The notes: generated by a model from the letters alone, not told the origin. Positions 36,717 through 50,331 are shown, counted from the whole stretch's first letter. The stretch: 50,331 nt of DNA, filler included, from Bipalium vagum (GCA_037834085.1; 3 parts of 3 records of this genome joined end to end with filler, not necessarily neighbours in it); one strand, 5' to 3'. Numbers and translations are program-made.

Positions 36717-38646
36717 TCATTGATTGTAGGGCATAACTTGCATGTGCTGCACACGTTCTTGCTCCTTATCTAACAATTTCACGTAGTATTGACGAAGAGT
36801 TTTCAGAGCAACCAATGCCTCTCGTCGAATACAATTGTGAATGACAAAAAATTCTTTATCATAAGTCTCCTCAATATTCTCAGTGTTTGGGGCATTCATC
36901 AATGATCTCAATGTCGGGAAAATCACCATACCAAAGTATCTCATCGTCCATTTTCATCAATTCTTTCAATTTTTTTTCTGTCAAACCAATAATTTTGATT
37001 GAAATCTCTGTGACACATACTGTTGAAAATATTTTTCAAATACTTGGTATAATTCTTAAAAGTTATATTTGTAATGAAATAAATAGTTCTTTAATCATTT
37101 ATAATGTATTATTTCATTTATTTGTTTAAACATAAATATGAGAACGTATGATATTTGCATTTCTAAGTTCATATTAAGAACATCACAACAATAGATTTTC
37201 ATATGGAAATTTTTTTTCATAAAAACCTTTATTATATTTACACAGTTTTAAGAGTTATACAAATTTCCTTTTGTGAGTAATATTTTTGTAAGTCTCTCTC
37301 GAAAAGTTCTATATAGATTCGTTGAGATATCACGTTTCCGGGAATTTATTTTGTCAACTGCTTGAAATAATATTTCTCTCAATTATTTTTTTAATATATA
37401 AAAAAATTAATTAATACTTTGTATCGTGGATATAATAACTTTAATTCATAATTCATTACAATATTAATAAATACTTTCAAATAACGTGTTATTTTAAAAA
37501 GATTGCAAAAAACATTAGTGTATGAAAAATATTTTTAACGCTATAAACGTTTTATGTTAACTTCCCATTCACAAGCCGGCTTTACGAAAACAGTTTTGAA
37601 CTGTTTCTTCTCTTAATTGTGACAATGCATATTTCAACATATCTATACTTTTATGTTATGAATGATTTCCTGATCCAGAGGCTAAATCAGAGAAATAGTG
37701 TTTCGCGGGGAGAAAAACGAGGCGAACATTAGACACCGATGAACTCACAAACTTATAGCATACAGCATTATCTGCCAAAAATTTTTTTCGTTGAAGCTGC
37801 CTGTTGAGGTCCATTAGGATTTTAGGCCACAACTGACTGACCAACCACACCTTCTTATTGCTGTAGTTTGGTAAAGGCAAGCTAACCATATTCTTGAATG
37901 CTGGAGGCTTAGCATATTTTCCAATAATAAATGCCTTTTTATCTGATCCATCTTGATTACAGAGAAATAATACAGTGAAACGCATCTTCTGTTCTTTCCC
38001 TCTGGATGGATGATCACCTCGTAAGGCTAAAACCTCGAGTTAAGGCTTTAAAGAATATTGATGTTTCATCAGTATTGTATCGGTCTTTCTTTTCATAACC
38101 TGATAGGCCTGTTGACAGAACATTGTTGATCCAATCATTTGCCATCTCAACGTCAGCACTACATTTCTCCTATAAATGAAAGAACAATATAAAAGATAAA
38201 TAACATGGAATATTATCTATATTTTTATATATAATGTTTTACCTTGTATTATATGAAATATTAAAATTTCATTTTGTTCCAACGCTGCAGCCAACCATTG
38301 GTTGGTTCAAAATTGAGCTTCATAGACATAGCGAGTTGTCTGGCTTTCTCCATCAGGATAGGACCCGAGATGTTGGCATTTTTATCAGGCATTTACTGAA
38401 ACCAAATGCATAGTGCATTGTTTAATGAATCGTAAGAGCTCGTCTGGTTCCTCTTGGATTTCAAATTTTTTATTGGTTAACGCGACATTTACTAGTATTT
38501 TTTGAGTCTGTCCAATTTTGACAATCATATTCCAAAGCGCGTAAGAATCACATTTTTCTTAATTTTATCTTTCACTACTTGAAGGACATTAAGTTTGTCT
38601 TTCAAAGAGAGAACCTTGCTTCTTTATGTGATATAGGCGGAACCAT
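36717..38646 (-). mobile_element. pogo/Tigger-family transposase relic (HTH_psq + CENP-B HTH + DDE_1) containing intron(s)
   Basis: Minus strand reads KVLSLKDKLNVLQ; LNNALCIWF..NANISGPILMEKARQLA; NFEPTNGWLQRW; YNTDETSIFFK; RFTVLFLCNQDGSDKKAFIIGKYAKP; FLADNA; FLPA..PLDQEII; EETVQNCFRKAG. A GT-AG intron lies at 38170-38242. Confidence 0.85.
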
Positions 38647-38859
38647 TTTAAAAAAATATTTGAATTTCGATTAAGTTATAAATGCTAATATTATTAAAAT
38701 AATGTAATACTAATGTAATCAAAATTTTAATTAAAGAATGTATGGCGAGACAAGTTCCACAAGATTGGCAAAAGAGTTAGGAGTAATTAAAACACATTAA
38801 ATTTTATATTTTATCAAGTACAAAGAGTTATGTTATGTAGTACCTAGAAAGCATATAGA

Positions 38860-39219
38860 TCCAGTCATGCTACAATAACACGACGGAGAATATGAGGACA
38901 TTTATCAGCAAGAAAAACGTTCTCAAGAATTTCAAGGAAATATTTCTTGAAGAAGATGGAACAAAATATTCGGAATATTTGTCAATCACGTAAACTTTGT
39001 CAAACACGGAAAGGAACAGGAGGAAGTACAAAAGTACCACTCTAACAAATCAGAACACGATTAGCACCAATGGAGATGGTGGCAATGGATGTTGTAAGAC
39101 CACTGCCAGAAACAACAGTTGGAAATCGATGTATAAAACTAATGTTTGATTACTACACAAAATGGCCGGAAGCCTATCTCATGAAAAATCAGGCGGCAAC
39201 AATAGCAAAGACTTTCGTA
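38860..39219 (+). mobile_element. Gypsy/Ty3 integrase relic, 5' part (HHCC zinc finger and start of rve)
   Basis: HDGEY..HLSARKTFSRISRKYF...CQS.KLCQTRK, then PMEMVAMDVVRPLPETTVGNRCIKLMFDYYTKWPEAY...TIAKTFV. Confidence 0.85.
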
Positions 39220-40518
39220 AAGTGTGTATAATTGATTCGTAGAATTTTATTTTTTCTTTCATTGTACCATGTAAGTTACATACATATGCATGTATGTGAT
39301 ATATTTTAATAGCATATTTATAAGATAATATTGTAAATAAATAAATCGAATTTATAATGATCAATATATATTTAAAGAATGAAAAAGTCAATGCCATCGC
39401 GTAATACAGCAAACAAAATTTTAGGTTCTTTTTTCACCTGTATAAGATAGACTTCAGGCTTTGCACAGTAGTAGATATAGTCTGTCAGACGCGTACAAGG
39501 TGTTGAAGGAATTCGACACATTTTGAAGCACGTCTGACGATAGAAAGGATAATGGGGCCCAGTGTAAGATCATTAGAACAGCTACTGGTGGATTAATTCG
39601 CAGTTACAACAAAGCCATCTACAAAGCCTGCGTAAAACTGCCAAAAATTTAAATATCTGTCATACAAAGTCTGAAACACCAAAGAAATGTGGTGTAATAT
39701 GCTACAAGAGGAAAACTGCACCTACATGTAATTCAGTTAATAAAGGAGAGATCAAAAAGACTCTGGGCCGATTGTATAGAGAGCATCTTACAATGAGGAT
39801 TGGTGGTTTGCCTTTCATCATTATGGATGATGAGACATACATGACTCAAAATGACGAGAGAAAATTTTCAAGTAGAACTTGTTATGCCAAAGACATCAAC
39901 ACCACTCCTGAAGAATTCCGGACCTCTGGTTGCACAAAAATTCCCATTCAAACTTGGTTTGTGGTATTCCATGTCCGTCCATGACATATCTAACTACTAT
40001 TTCTGGATCCGGGGGACGTCAATAAATGCCAAAAACTACAAGGCCCACTGTCTTCAACAGAGACTTGTTCCTTTTATTGAAAAATACTACCCTGGACGAA
40101 ACTGCATTTTCTTGCCAAACAAAGCATCATCTCATTATGCAGTTTCAAGTCTTCATTATCTGGAATACAAACAAATCCCTGTAGTGAAGAAGTGCAACAA
40201 TCCAACTAATGTCCTTCAGTCCCATTGAACTTCTACATGCAGAAATCAAAAGACGAGTTTTCGATAACAAGTTTCTTACACAGTCTGCTGCTCAATTTGA
40301 ATTGCGTCTTCGTGCTGTGATCGATGAATTGATACTCAATGCTACTCCTCACTGTACTAAATTTTGTAGTAAGGTACGGGTCCTGGTTGTCAAAGTATAC
40401 CGAGATGGATTGTTGTCTATTCATAAATGAAATGTTATCTTTGTGTTCTTTAGTATATATTCATTACCTTTCAATTTATATTTCTTTTACTTCTCAAATT
40501 TATAAAAATTACACAACT
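39220..40518 (+). mobile_element. DD37E/TRT-type Tc1-like element inserted in the Gypsy integrase
   Basis: Flanked by TA (39218-39219 and 40519-40520) with degenerate TIRs (aagtgtgtataatt / aattacacaact). Motifs: IIMDDETY, INAKNYKAHCLQQRLVPFI, FLPNKASSHYA...NNPTNVLQ..PIE; spacing fits DD37E. Confidence 0.8.
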
Positions 40519-40520
40519 TA

Positions 40521-40960
40521 TTAGAAATTATTTTAAATATGGAGCTCCAAAGAAATTGTTAACGAAAAAGGGAACAAATTTTATGAGCCACATTTTAAAG
40601 GAAATATGTTTTATTCGCCATACTAAACTTCAATGCACAACCAGAGACCGCAAACGAATACCCTAATAGAAAGATTTAAAGGAACATTGCTAAAGATACT
40701 GTCATGGTAGACAAACCAGCATCAAACAGAATTGGATGTGCACATATCAAGTTTATTTGCCTATAAAAACGCAGTTCATGCTGCTACAGAGGAAACACCC
40801 TTCTAATTTATGTATTTGAAAAAGATCAATATGTCTACGATTTAGATTATGAAAAACCGACATCACAGTATTTAGAAGAAGATTAATAAAGTGATAATAC
40901 AAGAAAAACTACAAGAGGCATAGGAGAAAGCGGGACTCAACATAAGATTAACAATTAACA
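40521..40960 (+). mobile_element. Gypsy/Ty3 integrase relic, 3' part
   Basis: EII.KYGAPKKLLTKKGTNFMS; PQTNTLIERFKGTL; LFAYKNAVHAATEETPF. Continues directly from the part ending at 39219. Confidence 0.85.
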
Positions 40961-41499
40961 GAAAAAATCAGGAAACTAAGATTTATTAGTTATATAAAAT
41001 GCCAACTTTTTTAAAAAAAATTCTTTTTATTCGAAAAACGGGACATGATTATTTTCCATCCACCAATCCATTTAGAATTAGCATTATTTGTAAAAATTTT
41101 CATTTCATTTAATTCTTTTTATATTTAAATAATAAAGATTAATTTTTTTATTATTTATTTCTGATTTTGGTTTAGTCGCAGAAGGGGTCTATGATTATTT
41201 TTTTTAATTCTTTAATTTCTACTTAGATTTATGTTTAATTGAAAAATTAATTTCATTCGATCTAATTTTCTAATTATTTAAAGATTTTTTATTATTATTT
41301 TGTATTATTATTCCAAAAATAAACATTTAATTCTGATTGGACAAAATGATTAATTCCATTATCCATTTTTTATATTTTTCCAATTACTTTAAATAAATTT
41401 ATTCTATTGTTATAATTATTTTAATTGGTTAAAAATATTAATGTTATTATTCATTTTGATTTTTTTTAATGAGAAAAATTAAAATAATAAAATTTTTTA

Positions 41500-42330
41500 A
41501 CCACATAAATTAGAGTTGAAGTTTCAATTTTCACATTTTGCTATTTTTATTCTCGAAACATTTGTGCAAATGTCCAAACCAATTATCCATCATTCCCCTA
41601 AACAGATTTTAATTAGATTTAATAATCTCTTGCAATCTTTCATTAAATTCAAATGATTTTTTCCTATTTCTTCTTTTAAAGATTCAAAATCAAAATTCGA
41701 GTCAGTTGCATAGTACTTTTTATAACTATCAAAATTTCAACAAATTTATCTTTATTTAAAATTCTATAAACAGAAACTGATTCTCTGAGAACTTCGAACT
41801 TAATTCATTAATTATTTTGTAAAGAACACTGGTTATGTCTGAATAAAACTCAAAATATATTTATATCTCTTCAAAATACACAAACCATCCCATTATATCG
41901 ATTATTGATAAAGACACTCATAATTTGACATGGATTATTGAACATATTTCATACGTTCATTCAAAATACTTTTTGACGTCACGTAGAATCCGAACAAAAA
42001 CCACTACAAAATTATGAAATCAAATTGGAAAGCTTCGCATTCAGCGACGAAACATTTGAAGGCGCATTTCAGTTCAGAGTTTGTTGGCGGTCTTTGAAAA
42101 GCTTAGAACACACAGGTCTGGGTGGGAATAAATAGTTTTTGAGCCTCAGTAATAATTATTAAAGATGAAAACAAAACTTATAGTGAAAATTCTAAATGAA
42201 TATTTTCACAATTGAGAAAGTCTTCCAAAATTAAAAATATTATATTTAATGACGAATCTCTTCCTATCATTTTGTTCTATCATACCATAACAATATTCAT
42301 CATTGAGGTATATACATTGTCATGGGGACT
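41500..42330 (-). mobile_element. Decayed hAT-family (ZMYM-like) transposase relic
   Basis: Minus strand fragments QTLN (cf. CxxHSLNL), FCSDST*RQKVF (cf. FFSxSTKRW) and NRYNG (cf. TRWxxRxxA), in the expected order. Confidence 0.4.
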
Positions 42331-42699
42331 AAAAAACCTTTAGAAATTAATAATGTATGTAAAATAATATTACTATTTTTTATTATAATTATAAAAAAGG
42401 AAATTTTTATTATAAAAAAATATCCTTAGAGAAAATATAATCAAATTTTATGTTTATTATCCTAAATAGCATTCATTATTATTTTTTATCTAAAATTTAA
42501 GAAGAGTAATGTGGAACAGGATAATTTAACAATGAAACCATCGATTCATAATATCCTTTCTCAAGTTATAACGAAAATATGAAAATAATTTAATTGTGTA
42601 AAACTTAAGATTCTTTGTTATCGAAATAAATTTATTTTTACTTAGAAAGTGTTCTTATCATCATTCATTTTTCATAGCACATATACTATAAAACGTATT

Positions 42700-43140
42700 C
42701 TATCGTAGTATGGCTTAAGAATACAGGAAAAATGAAGAAAATGAAAGACTCTTTACTAATAAAAAGTTTTTTGTTTTTAACTTTGAATGTACATAAACAA
42801 CGTTCAAGGTCTCTTGGATTTGATTAGTATGACATCCAATTCCCTTGATTTAGGATCATATGCATTACTTGTAAACGTTTAGCAACGTAGAAGAATCTAA
42901 TTTAAATGACCATTCAATTCTTTTTTGCGTGTGGTGTAAAATCTGGCTGAGTAAAGTCCAGCTCTTTACTATCAAACTTTTTTGACCAACCAAATGGGTT
43001 TTTATCATTAATATCGAAATCTTCATTTTTAAATTGACAAAACTGTTGGAAACATTGTGTTTTTTTTTAAAAATATATCTCCGATATGAATATACTAACA
43101 AAAAAATGACTCCAAATAGCTATTAAAGACAGTGCCTCAA
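42700..43140 (-). mobile_element. Mariner (Mos1-like) N-terminal relic
   Basis: Minus strand reads QCFQQFCQFKNEDFDINDKNPFGWSKKFD and NQGNWMSY*SNPRDLERCLCT (cf. GxWVPxELxPRDxERR). Confidence 0.75.
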
Positions 43141-43949
43141 AAAATTTCCGGTAAATGCTAGTATTTTCGCCAATCTTCAACATTTTGCATAGTAGATTAG
43201 ATAATGATGAATATTTTTTAAAATGTACCTATACCTAAATTAACAGACAATTATATTTTAAAATAGTTTTGGGTTTGGTCAAAGGCACATCTCACCAATT
43301 CTTCAAATTATAAGACCACTAAAGTGTCTGGATAAAAATTAATAAATATTTTTAAAATAATAATTAAATTATATTAATAATATAATAATAATTAAAAGTA
43401 CAATGACTAATAAGAATAATAAATCGACAAATTAAATTTGATTTGATCTATTGATTATAATTATATTTGATTCTTTTTATATTTATTGATTGTTGGTGAC
43501 ATTTTGCGAACTGGGATCGATTTGTTTATTGCTTTAGCTGAATATTTTTCGGAAATTCATTTGTGTATTAACAAAATAAATTTTTATTGCGATCTTTTTA
43601 TTCAACTTTTTCTGAACATATCATTGGCATAAGTGAAAGGATCTGTAAAAAAACGAACTAAGTGTTAAGAAAATTCTCAGTAATATTAATCGGAAAAATA
43701 GTCAACTATATTTACGTACTATCAAATATATTTAAATTGACAGCTTTTGTCAGATTACTGAAATTAATTCACACACCAAATAAATATTTATAAAAATTTT
43801 AGAGGAAATTAAAAAGGGGTTTTAATTAAATAAATCAATTAATTGAATATTATGTATATTTTGAAGAAATGTCTCTCCTTAAATATCTATAGTCCTTGAA
43901 CTACTTGATTTTATTAATATTTCTTTAATTAAAGCTTATACACTTACTT

Positions 43950-44800
43950 AATTACACTTCCATTTGTACTTGCGGTTTCAGGACTCTTTTTACGGGTTAT
44001 GTGTATAATCAACTTTTAATATTTGTGCCAAAGAGTTACCAGATTTTGAATACCATTTATGAAAAAATCTATTTTTCCAGAAATAATGAAGTTCGAGACA
44101 CCCATTTCAAAACTTCTTGTTTTGAGAAAGGGATAGAAGTGGTATCCCTTTGGTCAGGTAAATATGATGAATGTTGTAGACTTAAACTCTAGCGTTTGCG
44201 AAAAAATAAATTTTACACAAATGTCTTCTCCTTATATTATACTAAAATAGTCTTCATTATGCTATTCTCTTCTTAAATGTTCCTTTCATTTTATTTTCGA
44301 AATTCTATAGGTTGTATGAATGATTTATTTTTATAAAATAATGATTGTCCAGACATCTTAAATGAAGAAAATTATTTTGATAATTATAGTTGGGAAACAG
44401 AATTGGTAGATGCAGGATATTTGTTTCCATTGATATTGCGAAGATTTAGAAATCAATATTAAAATTTTAATAAAAACTCAGTCAGAATTTCCAATACTTT
44501 TTCACCAAAAGAGAATTTTTTGTCTCAAATGAATTATATCTCCTTTAATTTCCATCATTAAATAAATTTCAAATTGGAACATTCACAAGTTCTGAGTTAT
44601 AAATTATTAACCTATTTTACGATCCATGGAAAAAAATTTTAACTTCCAGAAATAAATAAGTTTTGAATAATTATTTCTTTGAACAGAAAAGATAAAATTG
44701 ATGATTTATTTCTAAGAAATAAATATCAGTGAATTTTTTTAAAATTAAATCCATAAGAACAATACATAAAGGTTACCTTTCTGGAAATGCTGTTACATGG
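43950..44800 (-). mobile_element. Possible Penelope-like retroelement relic (region C-terminal to RT)
   Basis: Weak minus-strand remnants (KIG.II, RTCECSN, LKEI, NKYP) in an order resembling the PLE helix-turn-helix region. Heavily decayed. Confidence 0.25.
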
Positions 44801-47800
44801 AAAATAATTTTTAAATTCTAATTAAATTATAACATTTAATTATTTTTACAATTTTAAGTCTATTTGAATAATAGACGTATAATCATTATTTATTTAATAA
44901 TATATAAACACTTATTTATTAAAAAAAGAAAAATGAATGAAACACATTTTAATTTTTATTAATAAAATAAAACAATGAGAACGAAAATATTATGACGAAT
45001 AAACATCAACTAAACATAACAGTTAAACAATTGTATATTAAATTGAAGTTTCCAATGTCCAAAAATCAATTTTCACATTGTGCAATGTTTGCTGTCATGC
45101 ATATTCCAAACAGATTTAATATTTAAGTAACATAATTAAATTCTGTTCTTAGTTTACTGTTCTTAATTTCTACCTTCTAAGAATATTCCATTAATGTTTC
45201 ATCAATACTCTTCTAAATTTGCATTTAAAAGTCAGCAAATTCGGTTTATACCCACTTTGTTTAAATAAATCAATTTAATCTTAATATAATAAATAGCGTT
45301 AACAAATATTTTATGAATTTCTTTTAATATCTTAAAAAGTATGAGTTTTATAAATTAATACCTTTTAATTATGTTGTATATATTTAGTAGTTCTCTGAAA
45401 ATATAGATTTAAAAATCATTTAAAAAACATTTTCAAAATAATAACATTGCAATTTATGTTTGTAATAGCTTTCGTGTACATTTTTTGCAGAAGAACCGAA
45501 AATCAGCATTACAGTCCCGACAAGCTGTAAGGGCTCTTCCAAGATATTCACCCACTCAATAATCCCGTACTACATTTTAGGAATTACATTACGTATGTTA
45601 AAAACTAGCTTAATAGTTTCGTTAAAATACAAGTCTGTGATCTTTAATACACAAGGAAATCTATCAGAAATGATTCGAAGACTGAGCGAAAAAGAGAAAC
45701 CAATTGTATAGCAGAAAACTCGTACCTAAGCTAAAAAATCATGACGAACCTGAAATCATGTCCTACTGAGAGAGTAGTGGCTATTCTTGCATAAGGTCAC
45801 AATGTGTACCTACTATAAATGAAATATTTCATTCAAATTAACTCAATCTTTTGAATTCAACCAAGAAATACACAAATTCATTTCTTGGTTAACAAAATTA
45901 TATTTTTTTCTGAAATTATTTTTTTCATATCTCCTGAAAAACTCAAACAATAATTACAATCTTTATTCATTAGCCCCTGTCTCACAAAACCTCTAACAAT
46001 TTTCAAAATTAACTCTCCTACTTAACGTATTGATTCTTCTTTACCACATAAATTCTCAATAAAACTGTCTGCTATTCGTGGTTTTTAACAATAAAACAAA
46101 TTTAAGAGACTTGTACATACCTATACTTCATCCTGTAACATAGTTTATAAAAATAATTTTCAATGTAAAATAAAATAATGTGAATGAGTTGCAAAGTATC
46201 AATTATATTATATATTATATTATTATTAAATTATAATTATTAAAAAAAATTAATTATTAAAAATTATTACGAAATCTTTTCTAGAACGTTGGACTTTCCT
46301 TCAATTATGAAAAAATGTGTGTACTAATTAAATTTAATTTTTTTTAGTTTTCTCGCACAATCTAGACATTATTATCTGGATATATAAATTATAAGATGAA
46401 TCAAACCATTATTCCTAAAATATATTTGCCTCCAGATGATCACTTCAATCAAAAATTTAATTCAACCATAAACATGTAATGTTTAAAAAGGTCCATTAAA
46501 ACAAACTCAATTCAAAAACAAATCAATCAAGTCTCGATTTGGTGAACTTTTTTGTTTTGTATAATTGTAATTGATTTTGTTTCAATATTTCTATATTAAT
46601 TTTTACGAAATCTATTTTAATTTTTAGGAATAAGAATTTAAAACACGTAATAATAATAAGAACACATAAATTTGATATACAAGATGGACGCTATTTAAAT
46701 AGTTTAGTAAAATAAGTAAATTTACGATAATTAAGTAAAACCATAATTCTATTTATCGAAAAAAGGTATATTTTAATAAGGCATTTATAGTAAAAGAAAT
46801 TCAAAAGTTTATTAATTTTAAGTTTAATTTTGTTAATATATAATTTAATTTTGTTTAATCAAATCTGATAAATCATTTGTTAAACAATTAAATGGCTGCT
46901 AATCTAGACAATTTTATCAACAATTTGATATATTTTTTTATCAGTTATTCTTTAATATATCATTTAGCTACCACAAGAATTCAATATGAATTAAATACCT
47001 ATCATTATAAATATGGGGATATTATGCAAAATTATAATTTACTGATGGAGCAGTATCACAAATTACATAGTAATTTTAATGGGCTTCAAATAATTTTATA
47101 ATCAAGCGTTGAAATTGAGCAATTATTGCTATTAATTATTTGCGATGAACCTGTAGTACCGAGTAGCTACTCACAGATCCAGAATGAGAAATTATGAGCC
47201 AACTTCAAACGGCCATTGATAATATTTTTTTGGATTTTACTCGTAGAACCAGCGAGTGTTGAATAGCGAGTTCTGTGCAAAGGACTCTTCAGAATACACC
47301 CGCATAAAGTCAGAGTGTAACTAGAAACCATGTGATTGTACAAGTCATAGACTCAATACTTAACTGTGGAGTGTAAGGACTCGTATTAAGGCAATGATAA
47401 ACAAAAATCCTCATTCCCAGAGAAGTGAACAGGAAATGTTGTTCCTGATCGGATCATGTCGCTGAAACTCAGAATACCTATAATCTACAGCGTAGTGACC
47501 AATATTAGAGAGGTTTCTATAAGAATATCATTCTTAACTCCTTTATTTTTAACTTAAATAAATACTGACATCGTTAAGTTAAATAATTTTATTTTAATGA
47601 ATATTTTTAAAAAATTTCACTTTTAAATAATTTCAATTTTTGTTGAGTTTCGGATATATGGATGAAGAGTACTGGCAGTAAAGTAAGAGCCGCAGATGAG
47701 TTATCTTTTGATGATTGATATTCGTAATTTTGTTGCCTTTACTTGTGCTTGCTGCAAAGTTAGATGGGTTTTGACGACTTTAAGGCAATGAAAAGATATA

Positions 47801-48914
47801 AGTTGCAAATAAGCGGCTTGTTGCTAGCACGTCGTTTAGATGACTTGATGACTCATACAATGAACGCTTTCGCTGAAGATTTTATGAATTCTGCTATCAA
47901 ATTTCATGACTTTCTCTCTAAATATAAAAATATGGCAGGCAAATTCAACTTAATTTTGCAAAAATCTGAGACAATTAAACGTCCCATGGCCAATATGAAA
48001 TCCTATTGGACAAGGCATTGTGAAATATTGCCCAACACCTGGTCTTATCCTAACAAAACGTGGTCTTACACAAACAAATAGAACGTCCAGACTCAAACTG
48101 ATCACAACGAAATAGAAAATGACATGAAACACCTCTCATTTTTGAAAACTGACAAATGCTGACATAGAGTATACTTATTGCATACCCACAAGCAAGGCAT
48201 GATATGATTCCCTGACTAATCGCGTTGAATATTGAATTTTTGAGACAAACACATAAAATAGAAGGTACAAAAAATCTTTTTCCCGTTTATACCTAATGTC
48301 AATAATTTTTATAATTTTTATTTTTAAAATTTTATAATTATTAAAAAAATAAAATATTTAGTTGAAAAGTTGTATTTGTATTATTCATGAATTCATACGT
48401 TTTCATTCGTATATTTACTGATATCAAATGAGGCTCATTTTCTGAACCAGATCATCTGCATGATCTAATGTGCTTTATCAAAACCCATCGACCACTTCTC
48501 TTCATTAATTCAATATAGATTGCATTATTTGCATTACCATTTACCAATCATGTGCAGTAGTGACTTAAACAAACATTTACTAACCAATGGATATATTATT
48601 AACGAAGTTTAATGATTTTGTATTATTAATTTATTATTATTACAATTGCAATTAGTATTTCTCCACAGGTTATCAAAGTTTAGGATCTTTTTGTAAAGTT
48701 ATACCTAAAGTGTGTCAAGTTCATGAATAAAAAGTTTAAGATATAGAAAAATTTTACGTTCTTTTTCCACCATTCTACTTAAAAATATATTTATTCTAGC
48801 TTCAAAGTTGGTATTTTTGATAAGTCATTTGTTTAAACACATTAATTTGTATAAATTGAAAGAAAAGAACTTATTTTACAATTTTTTTAGGTTTTATTTT
48901 ACCATAATTTCTAA

Positions 48915-49410
48915 TTTCGTGTAGAAAAATACCAATTACAAACAATTGCACTGTACAAGTTCAAATTGAAAATAATGTGAGGAACACTTAAAATTAATAA
49001 GGCATTCGGTATGAACACAGTAAAAGTGCGCACCGTGAAAACTGGTTCAAAACATTGAAAAGTGGAGATGAGTGTCTTATAAAGGATGCAGGTTGTGGAC
49101 TTTGGGAAACTCAAAATTAGTTTACAAGCTGAGAATGCATTAAAAGAAAATCAATGTGGGTCTTTCTGTCTAAAGTCTGCTTCAGAAGTTGCTTAAATGA
49201 AGAAGAAACTTTTACATCAGAAAGATATACATTGGAAATTACAATCAGCAGATCTTTCCTACTATTTTATCATCTTCCTAAATTAAAAAAATCAGCCACA
49301 AATTTTATTTATCCATTTCAGAATACCCGACTTCTAAGTGATTGGAATAACTAAGCTTATTTCGCCGTGGCAGAGATATGTTAACTGTCATGGATCATAT
49401 TTTGAATAAA
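48915..49410 (+). mobile_element. Internally deleted mariner (Hsmar1-like) relic
   Basis: IALYKFKLK..INKAFGMNTVKVRT..NWFKTLKSGDECL, and C-terminal GITKLISPWQRYVNCHGSYFE*. Confidence 0.8.
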
Positions 49411-50331
49411 ACACTTTCTTGTCTTCTATGATATTCAAAACAATTACTTTCTTACCAACCTAATATCTTAAGTATTTCAAAATTCTAAAAATGTATACAA
49501 GATTCCTGCTGATAATAAATGATTCCCTTTCAATAATGTAGATAATTCTATAGTCAATGAAGTCGTAGTCATTCTGAATTTGGACTCAAAGTAATTATTA
49601 AATTTTTCGAAAACTTTTTTCTACGTATATATAGAAAAAGGTAAATGGGAATTTTTATATTGCAGATTAGACAAAGCCATCTGAAAATGGTACCGAGTTT
49701 TCATAGACTATTTCATTTGTTAGTTGTTTTATTGTATGCGCGATTTTTTGATTTTTATTTTTTCAATATTTTTCCTATTATTATTGATTATTTATTAAAC
49801 TAAATACAATACAACCAATGGATCATACCTTATTATAGTTTACTTTTTTATAAATATATTATAATTAATATATTTATATATTGATATTGTTTTTTAACAT
49901 TCTCTACGACGAAATGCTGTGTCGAAAAATGAAATACGTTTTTAAAATAACATACATGTGTTAAGTTTTGAAAGGGTGAGGTTGTGTATGACTTATCTTG
50001 ATCTGACTCCTAAGGTAGTGTACTGATCACAAACAAAGCAAACAAAACAATTTTTAAAACTTTTATTTCTATTAAAATTTTTTACAAATAATTACAAGTT
50101 TTTGAAAGTTTTCTAAAAATCAAAATGACAATGTATTTTTAATTAAAGAAGAGATTCAATCGACACCACGAAATGTGCAGACGCCCTGAAGGAACACAAC
50201 GAATCTGATAACTAATTTACCAGATCGTAATTGTTAGAACAAAACACAAAAAGTAGAATACGGAAATTTAAATTAAACAAAAACAGAAACGTGAAATTAT
50301 ATTCGCGTTCTGTAAAATTAATTAATTAATT

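Noticed and set aside
45480-45800. Possible transposase remnant (RALTAC-like motif on the minus strand)
   Set aside because: A single weak motif is insufficient support.
45859-45890. 11-bp stem hairpin aaccaagaaat/atttcttggtt
   Set aside because: Isolated, short and AT-rich, so plausible by chance in 50 kb.

Overview
Very AT-rich eukaryotic (animal-like) genomic DNA, not prokaryotic. The window is three contigs joined by artificial 100-nt spacers (N44-TTAATTAATTAA-N44) at 15987-16086 and 32271-32370. Host genes are confined to the first ~12.5 kb. They are the 3' end of a polycystin (PKD channel domain) gene (1-909) and four F-type lectin (fucolectin-like) domain exons in a duplicated A-B / A-B arrangement (3332-3797, 5285-5719, 10322-10795, 11954-12388). 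All four exons have phase-1 splice boundaries, both A copies carry signal peptides and a shared upstream 16-mer, and the second A copy has a 2-nt frameshift. The rest is mostly decayed transposons: many mariner (DD34D) and Tc1 (DD34E) relics, a TIR-intact DD41D-type element, two DD37E/TRT-type elements (one nested in a Gypsy integrase), an intron-containing pogo/Tigger relic, a hAT relic, two relics of a Maverick/Polinton-type DNA polymerase B, and a 975-bp solo LTR with a 4-bp TSD and five tandem hairpins. I found no rRNA, tRNA or CRISPR array. All family calls come from hand translation and motif recognition; no database search was run.
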